A stretch of DNA of 64,000 nucleotides from Phoronis australis (lineage: Eukaryota; Animalia; Phoronida), in the NCBI GenBank assembly GCA_002633005.1, contig NMRA01000240.1:158415-222414 (forward strand), read 5' to 3'. A program made the translations under genes and the position numbers. How positions within the stretch are numbered: the first letter of the stretch is position 1; every line of letters begins with the position of its first letter. The notes beneath the pieces are model-generated. The model was given only the letters and a program-made list of their open reading frames with translations, ran no database searches and was not told the DNA's origin. Positions 11,760 to 23,273 of the stretch are shown one piece after another.

Positions 11760-12720
11760 AGGCAAAGGCAACCTTTTCCATGTCATTTTGAGCTAAAATA
11801 AGGTTGGTTGGTTATCCTAGACATATTTTCCACTTAATTACAGCTTTTCGTAACTTTATAAATTACTCGTCCGCTACTCCGGAAGTGACGTTTTAGGAGG
11901 CAAGCGTTTCCCGCCACTTGGTTTTGCGTTGACTTTAACGTGCGAATCTGTTCTATTCTACTTTTGTTTTGTGCTGTTTTTCAACAATTGTCGCCACCAC
12001 TTTCCATCGGCGAGTATTCTGCGGCAAGATAGGTTAGTAGAGAACTCAACTACGTTTGATTTGGGGATTGTTTAGTGTGTTGGAAGCTGAAAATGGCTGG
12101 AGTCGGTGACCCGTATCACAGTGACAGTAGTGTGAGTGACGGAGACCTTGTTCACAGCAGTGGTGACGAGGAANAAAACAGCACAGGGCGACTCACTACT
12201 GGTTCTAGGAATTGCACGCTCTGGGGTACGTTTGTAGGCACGGGTGACAGTAGATGAAGTGCCTCCACTGACTCCAGTCACTGTACTGGCCACAGCTCGC
12301 GATGCTTCTCGCTTCAAAAACGCACTTCTCGGGGGTGGCTACGGGGCATTGCCGGGAATCAACACGGACGGAATGGCATCCTTCTTCAGACGTTGTATCG
12401 CAGGGACATTCATCAGTTCAGCGTACAAACCCCTTTCGTAATCGGACGGCAGAAAGTGCTTGTCACACACACAGTAATTCTCCACTGCTCTGTTCGTTGC
12501 GTGGACGGGTAACGCTGCGTTCTTCACACGAACGAGCCAAGTACGGCGAAGTTTGTCATCCATCGGAAAGCGATGCAAAGGTACTCACAAAGCGCGCGTG
12601 AGCCGATATTATTACATCCTGGTACGCGGCAACAGTGTGGCAAGTTAACTGACTAGTAAATGAAAGCAAACGACGACGGAACTCAACACAACCGAGGTAG
12701 AACAATGAATGACTCGGAAG
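11760..12720. mobile_element. Internally deleted Kolobok-like element carrying a THAP-domain remnant (- strand) convergent with an acidic ORF start (+ strand)
   Basis: TTAA at 11756-11759 followed by AGGCAAAGG. Minus-strand THAP at 12643-12339: LPHCCRVPGCNN /fs/ LHRFPMDDKLRRTWL..VCDKHF..DY..RLKKDAIPSV. Plus-strand MAGVGDPYHSDSSVSDGD.. from 12093. The right terminus was not identified. Confidence 0.6.
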
Positions 12721-13403
12721 CTCTCACAGTCAGACTATATGAAAAGAAATAATTAAATACTTAGGCTACCATCGGAGGCTACGGGGATAGGCCCTGATAT
12801 GTTGGGAAATATCTTCATCCCCCCTCCCATTCAACGCATCGTCGGGATACCTATCATCGTCAGGCTCCAATGGTCGTCCGCCGTCTTCTTTTGCGTTTTG
12901 CACAGCCACGCGAGCTTAGCGTTCCAATCTGAAGCGCTCGTCAGCTTTTTAGTTACTAACCTCTCGGGAGAAACACGCATCGAAAAAATATAGTGAGATA
13001 AAAATCGATGCATTACTGACTGATTTTTAAACCACTTAAAATTTTTACTAAAGTTCATTTTCAGAAGATAATTTCGAAATTAAATTTTCTTTACACGGGA
13101 TAAAAAACCCCATGGATTGTTTATGCAATGTATGTATTTGTCGCAGATACTAACCGAGATCTATGAGGTCAAAGGAAAAACGCAACAGACAAATGCAACA
13201 CGCTGGGTGTTCAACAGTTTCGGCCTACGAATTGGCCACCTGCTCTTTACTGCAAAATACAGTGTAGAGATCAACATTAATGTTAAATTTTTGGTTCAAG
13301 CATATTTTATTTAGTAGAATAAATACAGATAACGTACCAAAAGTTGCGTACATGAAGGAATATCCCACGAGACATTATTCCGCGTATCGACCGAGACCGA
13401 AGG

Positions 13404-13645
13404 TTCCAGATTTTACGTTTAGGGCCTGGTTGCATGTCGAGTGTTAGTTAAACTGCTGCAAATGTATTACTTTAAACTGTATTTGGAAAGTTTGATGACC
13501 AAACCTGCTGAAGATGTCGAGTCGACATTGATCTACCTTTTAAAGCTTCCATGTCAAAGGTCACTATTGAAGTAGTGCGGTGAATACGGAAAACTATTAC
13601 ATGGCCGTATTTCCCTCGACAGATTCAACACGTATGTAATAAAAT
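13404..13645 (+). repeat. Non-coding block homologous to 59035-59280
   Basis: Shared TTCCAGA..TTGCATGT.GAGTGTTA..TTGGAAAGTTTGATGA..GTCGAGTCGACATTGA..AAGTAGTGCGG..TATTACATGG in the same orientation. Confidence 0.8.
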
Positions 13646-15304
13646 TGTATACCTGCACTTGTATTGCTAGAGAATGGTCAACAATAAAATAAAACATTGA
13701 ATTTTTTTCACGATACTGCATTGTTACATACAACACAGCTTGACATAATTAAAAACAAAAGAAGCGATTGAGCAATAAAACGAAAATGCCACTTGGGTAT
13801 TTATTTTTTCATTTATGATTACAGAAAGCTGTTAAAGGTGAGAAAAAACAATAAACATTATGATATTCTGTAATTTACTAGAACGACTGTATCGAGGTTT
13901 AATGGTCAACTTCCGCAGACCAAGTCTCAAGAGTATACAGTTTTGTTTTGGCTGCCAAGCTGTTAACAGAGAATGAAGAAAAACTGAAAAGAAACAGAAA
14001 GACAGCACTGATAAATGGTGTTAAGAACAACAAGAGCAAAAAGTCAAGTAAAGAGGTCAAATACAGAAAATAAGTAAGATTCATCTGGAATAAAACATTT
14101 GCGATTTATTTCCCAGAACTGAAATTCTGATCCAATCTAAATCAATTTAAAATCGATAGGATATCAGTAAAACAGTCTGTGGTTGAATAAAATTATTGTA
14201 AGCTACTTTTCACTATTTTCTTGGCCTTTTTTCTGTTCTTAAACAAGGCGGCAGCATGTGACTACCATAAGAGTCATATAAAACAGCTGCCGGAAAGCAA
14301 TGTTCTGTTAAAAAACAACTCGGCATAAATTAAAGAAAACTTTTGAATCAACGAATACTATATATTTGTGAGAGTTTAATCAAAAGCTATTCAGAGCATA
14401 ACTTTGAAGTGGAATAACTAGGTGAGTACAGCAAGAAGCCGGTTTTATGGTTAGCCAAGTGTATTTAACATGCATCTTAAATCGTCGCATACACACTTCG
14501 AACTAGGAATACCGACATCGCTCATTGGCGAAAGTCCTTGTTTAAGCTACTGCAGAATTAAAATTGCACGATGTTTCAAGATTAAATATACATGTATGCG
14601 TGAACTTGGCAATTACGTCTTGTCGTGTCTTGTTTTCTAATCGAGAAAGTTAGATACCATACCGCCCATGGTGGAATACACAGTACATGTAGACCTTTCC
14701 AGGACGTATAGTGTACCAAGGTTGCAGCTTGAGATTGCGGCGTTGGTTATAGACTGGGGAGGAAGTGACCAGTCTATTATTGTCCAAGGAAAAAAAAATT
14801 TTGGACGCGTGTTCTGGCATGGATGTACTGAACAGAATTTTGGTTGCTCCTGCGAGTTATTCTATTCGCAGTCTTCATGTTTGGTGAGGAAAGTGCAATG
14901 CTAGAGTGTTCTAAAGAATGTACGGAGACGGCAACTTTGCGTCTGCTGGCCAAGGGTTACCAGTCAAACGATTAACCTTAAGAACTTTTTACTTTTTCTT
15001 CCCAATCTATTAACACGTCGTCACATACAGGCCGTGATTGGTTGCACTTTATTGTTTCTATGTTTCTGCTGACAAAGTATAATATTTCAATATTCGAAAA
15101 TTTCAAAATCCTTAACCCCTCTCGACTTAAAGTGAAGAAAGGCTTTGTAAAGTTTTAAATGTGGACAAGGTCAGATAAATCTATATTTTTTCAAAGATTG
15201 ATAATGTTTAAGTCAATAATTTCCCAAAACACGACAAATGGCTATCCTAGAGACAGCTCTTGGAAGAGCTCGGAATTCTATGCCTTTGTGTAATATAACT
15301 TTAT

Positions 15305-18300
15305 CGTAGGCCAGAAAAAATCCTATTTACAACAGTAATAATTCTTTGGCCAATAGGAAGCCAGGAATAGTTACTGTAATTAATATTAAGAACTGAAATA
15401 ACTCCAGTAATAATGTTTACTTCTGGAATAAATCAACCAATTATATGCCAGAAATAACTAGTGCAATAAGTATTTATTAAAGACATAGTTTCACAGTAAA
15501 ACAATGCTTTACAAAACAAATAACAAGACTGTGTGAATCTGTTGCACAGGCCAGTTCTTGTCCGAACAGCTTGGTTAATGAGAAAAGCCCAGCCGCTATG
15601 ACCGTTTCCGTCTTAAGCCGCGTCAATTCTGAGACCAGGCATGTGTGGTTAGGCCTACCTAACTGTCTGATGTCAGTTCAGGAAGACAGCTGTGTATTGC
15701 AACGGCTACAAGCAGTCAACCCTCCAAAATTTTGCTTGCTTCATTTGATAATTTCTTTCAACTCCATTTGTTGGCATAATTAAATTGTTTTTCGCCAAGA
15801 AGATGTAAAAACCAGTGTGTCACAGATAATCAAGCCTAATACAAAATACTGCAGTTTTATTTTTTTTTCATTTTCAGCAGTGAGTAATTTAACCATGTAT
15901 ATAATTGAAATTTGAGTGGAGGTGGCAATGTCAATGACAGAATTACAAGGACACTTGAAATGTAAGTCTTCTGAACTTGGTTTTTTAAATTCATGTGTTA
16001 ATGTATTGAAATCATAACAAACCCAAGGTATCAAAAATATTACCTGAAGGTGCCAGTGAACGTATTATTTCAGCAATTCATTGCGACAAGTTAATTCTAT
16101 CATGCTTTGATCACTGAGTCATAGAAGTCAAAGAACAAATCAGAGGACGATTATGAATTAATCCACAGTTCAAATTAAAATCAAGGGATTTCATCGGAAT
16201 TATCTATTTGGTTTCTACAGTGAAAGACTTTCAAGGTAGATGAAGGTTACCGCTACTGTACATAAGTCACAACTGAAATAATCTCAGTACAGTAAAGTTT
16301 ATATGTGATATTTTACCAAAACAAGTAACTTAGAATGCACAGTACTTTAACATTTAAGCATTACAAACGTTATCCAACAAAAAGACAAATTTACATGATA
16401 TAAAGTGGATATGCCTAACTATTACCATGGCGACCAGGTATTTGTTACATTAGAATTCGACAAGCAGGATTTGAAAAAATAAGAAGTTGCTGTGGAAAAA
16501 GGATTGGAGTCTGGAACCTTCACAATCTAACATGGCCTATTACACTAATTAAAAGCCTTTACATTTTGGGCCTTAATAACTTGAATTAAGAAAGCAAAAA
16601 GTAACAACGCATGTATTGAAAGAAGGATTCATACGTAAAATTTAGAAAAATATGAATTATGTTGTGACACGTAATCAAACCTTGAAGGGCAATTGACTTT
16701 CAAAGAAAAAACGATTTCAAAACTTTTCAAACTGCCAGTCAGCGTATGGTCAACTGAATGACATATTCCCACTACAATGATTAGAATATTCCTTATATTT
16801 TTGTAAAAAAACATAAACATTGTGCACAGCTGCTTTTTTGTAGCAGCTTTCATCAAAATGTATCAAAGTTAAAACTTCACCAAGTACGAAATACCCGATT
16901 GAACATGCCCTTTAGTTCAGCAGAAATCGCCATGTTGTAGGAGCCGCCGGAAATGAGAGCAAGTCCAACGGGAATTGTAAGCATTTTTATCACTCAACAA
17001 GTAACATGTGCTTGGCTGAAATCCAATAAAAACTATTGAAACGCTCAGAATAGTAGGTGTAGATCTTTCTCACTAAATTTCATCGAAAATTATTGGTGAA
17101 AATAAATTATGTACCGTTTTAAACTCGTAACTTTTACCGCTTGTCCAAGATGACCAACCAGGTCCAAACAAGTGACTCAAATTTTGCCACCCAAATTGCA
17201 ATAAATGTGCTCTGCTTAACCAGATAATTTTTCAATTTTCATTGAGTGGGATGCATTATCTTTCCGATTATATTGAAGTATCTTTGCAAATCGAAAAAAT
17301 CGGTTGGACAGCCGTACTCTTACTGCTCATTTAGTCCAGCAAGCGATCGACTAGGCTAAAATTCAACGACAGGTAACGAGCATAAAGCAATTCAACACAT
17401 CCACCTACAAACACTTACCGGTATGTTGCAAAAACCGTACTTCAAAAGGAAAGCAACCTACTCGTTACTTCTAATCCTGTCCGACAGTGTCTGTCGATGC
17501 TTTCCTCCGTTTTGAATGTTATGTTGTTAATACTAGCTCAAGGCCCACTAGCGGGCATGTACCGTTTTGAATACCCTCCAAAAGTTCAGCCATCCTGGTT
17601 TACAACTATAATCGGGTCACAGGCTGTCGTTCTAGAAGCAGTCTATAGGAATATATTTGCTGCATACAACCGAATACGGCCACGCTCCACTCGTGGACTT
17701 CGCAAAGTGTTCTCACTTGCAACGCAGTCTTGGAACAGTGGCAATCTTGTGCAAAGATACCCCAGTCCTTGGCGTATTGCCACAGCCTCCAAGTACACAA
17801 CTTTCAGGCATTCTTCTTCAAATATTAACTCCAGTTTAAATCTAAAAATCCGACTACATTTGAAAAATACTCCTCTTGGCACACAGCAATGGACACTGTG
17901 GACTCAGTCAGGCTGAAACTGCAATGTTCAGGTAACGTCTCTACAAACTGTAAAATGTTAATGGCAACACACACGAACTTGTGCATATGTGTCACATTTC
18001 AGAAACTTAAATGGGCAAAAGTTGCATAATAAACCTATTCTAACAAACACAAAGATTCCATTTGTGCCAGATAGTCCCAGCCAAGAGTACAAACCTATGG
18101 ACAGACTCGGCAGTGATTGGGTCAGAAATTCCTGATAAGTTCCGGATGTGACGTGTTTCCGAAGATAGCCGAAGTTCAAAATTCTCTGTTCTCAAAATTT
18201 TGTGGGGAAGTGGGAGCGTGTTTTAAACGAATAATAGAAGAATATGGAGAATGGAATAAAACAAACTGTGGTTTATAAGCAAATTTTATTAACAGTTAAC

Positions 18301-18612
18301 ACATGTGTATACTTATTAACTACAACTAAATAGCTGTGAACCAATCTTTTTAAAGTAATTTATATTTATTCCAGTGATAAGCATTATTCTTTGAATTACT
18401 ATTTTTCTTATCGGTAGTTTAATTACAATAATAAATATTTATTACTGGACAGTATTTATTACTGTATTGATTTATTACTGTAATGAATATTTATTACCGT
18501 AAAAAAGTATTTACAGTCAACAATATTTACTGCATTAATTATTCCAGGATTTGGTTGACTCGAACTTATTACTGGAAATCGTGGATTAGTACTTTTGTTG
18601 CACTTGGTCTAC
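15305..18612. mobile_element. MITE/foldback-like element with internally repetitive (ATTACTG-type) arms, split by a Kolobok insertion
   Basis: Ends CGTAGGCCA and TGGTCTACG; AT-rich AATAA/TTACTG repeats at 15330-15476 mirrored at 18380-18575. Confidence 0.4.
15481..18222. mobile_element. Kolobok-type element (family B, copy 1)
   Basis: TTAA|AGACATAG.. left end and a degenerate right end before TTAA at 18223-18226. Colinear with 54812-57330. Segment 16840-17270 is an inverted homolog of about 4240-4650. Minus-strand KCDTYAQVRVCCH resembles the Cys-rich KolX N-terminus (weak). Confidence 0.7.
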
Positions 18613-19290
18613 GTATGAACCACCCAATGATGATAGTCTTGAGTGACGTGATCTTTATTACTGGGATCCCACTGAGTTCACACCTAACATATCTCTCGCC
18701 GCACTCCTGGCACCTTTTTTAGCTAGCTTTCTAAAAGTGCCCCCTTTTAGGACTTCTTGGGGGTTCTTTCAGTTCAATTGGACCTCACAACTTAGCCAAA
18801 CGTGTGTTATAATAAAGTATTAATTTTTTTCTGTAACATCGTGTCTGTTCGTTCGCATGCCATACTATCAGACAGCGGATCGGTCCTCTAATCCGTCGCC
18901 TGGAAACAAATGCAAACCTTTATCAGAGGTCTTGCTTGCCTTCTCGTCACCCGGCCCAAATCAGATGCTCTTTCGCAACCCTACAAGCATCACATCACGT
19001 GATTGACCAAAACGAGCAATTTTAGATATTTCGGCCAAGTCGCATTAGTATCCTTATCCAACCGTACTGAAAGCAGTTACATTTTATAGTCAGACTCCCA
19101 TGAAGCGTGAAAGTCCATGTTATACGTAATGTGTGTCCGAGTATTTCTGATAAATTTAACCAAAATTTGTTTGTGAATGAAGTTTTTGTCTTAGATGAAT
19201 ATTTCCACCAGGTTTAGAAAAATTCTCAGGAGTCAACTTTTCTTATTAAAAATCATAATTACTTAGTACAACACTTTCACCATTTTGTAG

Positions 19291-19428
19291 CGTCCGGTGA
19301 TAATAAAGAGTATGTCGCTTGTGAAGACGGTGGGCGATTCTGTACAGCGCCAACGGAGTGCGACGAGTCGCTAAATTCTTGCACAAAATGTGTATCCGGA
19401 GCGGAAAAGCGAGGAAGCTCCTGCAAAT
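19291..19428 (+). CDS. 6-Cys module exon A (phase 1-1, 138 bp)
   Basis: TTTTGTAG acceptor, GTGAGT donor; SGDNKEYVACEDGGRFCTAPTECDESLNSCTKCVSGAEKRGSSCK. Confidence 0.8.
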
Positions 19429-20183
19429 GTGAGTCTTGCATGTCAGCTTGTTTTATTTAACGGTACGGTATACTGATCAACAGTAAATTGTTGATACTCA
19501 TTTAGAATTTAAGATAATCTAGATACGCATACATCATGAAGTGGGTATTCAGTTTATTTGGAGATGCGTTGTCGAAGCTCTCCACCTAAAGACAAACGAA
19601 GCAAATATTGAGTCCCAGGGCTATAAGACAGGTGATTCAGGTGATACTTGGGTACTGTTACTTAGCTGGTATTGAAGTATCACAAGTCGCACGACATGCT
19701 CGAAGCTCTCTATTGGTGTGGCATGGGAGCAAACATTTAATAGTGATAGGATGCACCCTGCCTCTCAAAGATTTCATCACCTGGCTAAAGCAAAGTCGTA
19801 GTCGTTCCCACTTTCTGTGAAATACAAGCAGATTGGAGAACAAATCGCCCATGAGATATCCTTCACTGGGAGATTAACTGGAGTTAAAGTGAGGTGCTCA
19901 ATGCAACAAAGGTATGCCAAGACTGTCCTGAACATTGCAGGGACAGCACCAATTCCAACACAAGGCGTGTGACAAGCATTGACCAAGCAAAGATTAATAG
20001 CGAAAGAGTCTGTTATATTCCACACTAAATGAACACTTCTTTCTCAAAAGACTTCAAAACACAGGTGGTCACAATTTACAGTTTATATGTATAACAACTG
20101 CAATCCTCGAGGATGTTTTGAATGCAAGCCTTTCATTTTAAATGGAATGCGTTGAACACAGATTATAAAATTTTATGCTGCAG

Positions 20184-20303
20184 ATAAACACGAGATACCC
20201 TGTGTAGAAGGTGGCACGTTTTGTACAGATGAGTTCGCAGTTTGTTCTGGAATGTTGTGCAAGTGCGTCGGCGGAAAAATTATGCACAAGGACGTGTGCA
20301 AGG
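20184..20303 (+). CDS. 6-Cys module exon B (phase 1-1, 120 bp)
   Basis: CTGCAG acceptor, GTACGT donor; KHEIPCVEGGTFCTDEFAVCSGMLCKCVGGKIMHKDVCK. Confidence 0.85.
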
Positions 20304-22526
20304 GTACGTATATATTGGCATTTGAGTTCGACATTAGGTCTAAGTGCGCCACAAGCCTCTGGTGAAGCAATGATGCCAATCCGAACTTTGATAGAAATAA
20401 ATTGCGCGTAGATTCTAAAAATGGCACGCTAGCAGCGTTGTTTTGTATTTTGGTCATTGCTTTGAATGAAGGTGTGGGCTGTTCCTATCTAATCTCCAAG
20501 AATTCCACTTTTACGCTTAGTTTCCAGAGAATAAATGAGGATCACAGTTTGGTAAAATATAGGTTATTTATAAAATCAAAGTGGTACTACAAGGATTCGA
20601 CATGAATATACAAAAGAAAATTTGTTTGGAAAGTTGATAAATAAAACAGTCAGCACACAGAAACGAAAAACTACTTCCCTAATTAAAAGGATGCTACTGC
20701 CATTTGTTCTCCTTGAGTTCTTTAGTTGTCTGGTTTTCCGCGATGTAATCTTAGAGGTTGTTTGCTCTGTCAAATTGGGCCTCTGGTGTCGAGTTCGAGA
20801 AAAGCAAGGTGGCACGTTAACGAGCCTGCGAGAAACTCGATTTACACAAAACCGTTGCCTTTTTGAGGTTTTCCACCACGGTGAATTGGACACTTCCTTA
20901 GCAACTCCTATCAAAGTGTAGAGACCATCAAAATCTCCGTCAACATGTGCACGGTGTCTCGAAATTTCGCCAGTATTCAAATGTTCGTTCATTTAAAAGT
21001 CGTCCTTGAAATCAACTATTCACAGTTTGTGATTATGGTGAACGTTATCAATACAGTCCACCTTATCCGCGCACCCAGGGGGCTTGTGAGGATCAAAAGT
21101 TCACCCTCAGAGAAAAGAAAACTCCAACAAAGTAGAAAACAATACAAAAGTCCACTAAAAAGGCAGGAAATACAACAATTCAGCGAATACATAACCCCTA
21201 ACTCTGAACGTACCTTGTGAATCTTAGTAAAATGTATAGATTCTCAAATGCTAGATCCACATTTTAGCGTGGGTGCGCGCATGCAACTAACTGTTCTCTG
21301 ACGATTATCTTAAAACGTTTTAGTCAGAACGGAACTTAGAAAAAAACATTTCAAATTTGTCGCGTAAATACAAACGTATAATGGTTGAGGCTTGAAGTAT
21401 TTTAAGCTTTAAAGGTGACCTTAGAAAGCCTTTCATGTTTAAATTGCTTCCAATCGAACAAATTTTCCCGTTATCAAACCTCGTCTTCGAGCAGGCCTTC
21501 GTTCAAATCCCAAAATAGGCAACTGTCATTTTATACTGCGCCCGCCCTGGGGTATGACGCCATGACTTTTTAGTGAGTGTGAGGACTGAAAATTCGATGA
21601 AAAGTTTCCGGCGTATGAGGCTCCTATAGGAGCTACACAGTGGCTACTGAGCCGGCAAGAGACGGTGGTCACTGTCTAGTTGCCGAGTTGCAATGCCGAA
21701 TTCATAGACACTTTACACGGGTGGCGTATGACAGCAAGCTCTGACCCAGCAATGCAGACAATAGATATTTCTAGTACCATCTTCGTCTTGAGGAAAGTGC
21801 GTAATACTATAACTCTAGTCACATGTCGTGTCGGTATTAGTAAAAGTAAACGTGAGGAATCTAAATTCTATATTATCATTTATCGAGTATGGTTTAGGTC
21901 TGACAGCATAGCCTCTGATTGATAACGATGGTGTTGCTGAGAACGATTTCAGAAAACCACTTTTCTCTCCGATAATGTGCCTAGAACATGAACATTGAAC
22001 TTTTTAACACGCGTATTTACGGAATCTACTATTGAGTCAATGGGAGCAACGCAGAAGGTTTTGCGGAACTCTATTAAGACGGGTAAACGTCTTAAAATTT
22101 GCTCTTACACCGTGCGCAAACGTTTATGTGTAGAAATTAGAAAGAACCTCAGTATTGGACATCCATTCATTAGAGTGACAGAAAGTCTGACAAAGTAGGC
22201 TTAGAAATAAACTAGCGTGGCGTTTACAGCGATTTTTTCGTAGAACTTTCTCCAAGGACTAGGAATTAGTTGTCCTTGCCGATAGTAGACTGCACTGTCT
22301 GTGGATGTTACGTTTGCCAAAAATCACATCTGTCGAATTTGACTTTTTAGGAAGATATGCAGACAATCTCGAGGTGTATATTACAACGTATTTCTGCCGC
22401 TTCAAGGTGCATAGTATTTATTTTTATGTTCGCGTAGGAATGTTCTATTCCATAACAGTGACTCATTCGTGGACCAATTGAAGGCGCTGGGGTAATTTGT
22501 ATAAAACTACAATTTTCGGTGCTTAC

Positions 22527-22938
22527 GAGAACATTTCCTATCCGAAAACTGTGGAGTTGCTCCATCTTTCAGCATCCGCTGTCCGCTGTTTTTTGCAACA
22601 TCAGACTTTTGCACATTCAGTGTTATCTCTTTATAATCTTTACATAAGTTTCGACAGATCATGATTGCACAGCGGTAGTGACAGTAGACTTCGACCAGTA
22701 CAGTGGAAAGCATGAACAAGGGATCAAATCCAAAAAAAACGCGACTGGCACGCCCTTATCTTATTGCTTATGAGAACATTTCCTTTTCGAAAAATGTGCA
22801 ATTTTTCCGCTTTTGGTGTTCTCTGTCCATTGTTTTTGCAGCATCAGACTTTTGTGGATTCTGTGTTGCCTCTTTGTAATTTTTATACTAGTTTATACAG
22901 ATCATGCATCCACAGCGGTTGTGACAGTAGACTTCGAC
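22527..22938. repeat. Diverged ~170-bp direct repeat pair (22527-22695, 22772-22938)
   Basis: Both read GAGAACATTTCC..TGTTTTTGCA.CATCAGACTTTTG..CACAGCGGT.GTGACAGTAGACTTCGAC. Confidence 0.8.
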
Positions 22939-22995
22939 ATGTGCTTTGCCACAGTATTACAGAATGTATTTGAATCATACATGTAACCTCTTCAG

Positions 22996-23136
22996 ATAAA
23001 TCAGACGTCCCCTGCACTCCAAGTGACAAAGGAAACAAATGCAAGCACTCAGATCAGATATGCGACAGTGCGAAGGGTTTTAACTGTGTTTGTCGGGACA
23101 GTGATAATCATCTCATGCAATCTGGCGTGTGCAAAG
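22996..23136 (+). CDS. 6-Cys module exon C (phase 1-1, 141 bp)
   Basis: CTCTTCAG acceptor, GTAAGA donor; KSDVPCTPSDKGNKCKHSDQICDSAKGFNCVCRDSDNHLMQSGVCK. Confidence 0.85.
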
Positions 23137-23273
23137 GTAAGACTTGACATCTCTTCATAGTTGATTTGGCGCTGGTGGTTCTCAATCTTTCACCGCTGTT
23201 ACCTTAGCTCGGGTAGAATACAAGGGTAGTATTTTCATGAAGTCAATTTTTGAGACAAAAGTCTGCATTCCAC

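Noticed and set aside
12174-12174. Single N bases (12174 and about 26805)
   Set aside because: Assembly ambiguity, not biology.
13825-13837. Possible 13-nt micro-exon (TTACAG|AAAGCTGTTAAAG|GTGAGA) in intron 1
   Set aside because: Its length would break the phase-1 frame, and there is no other support.
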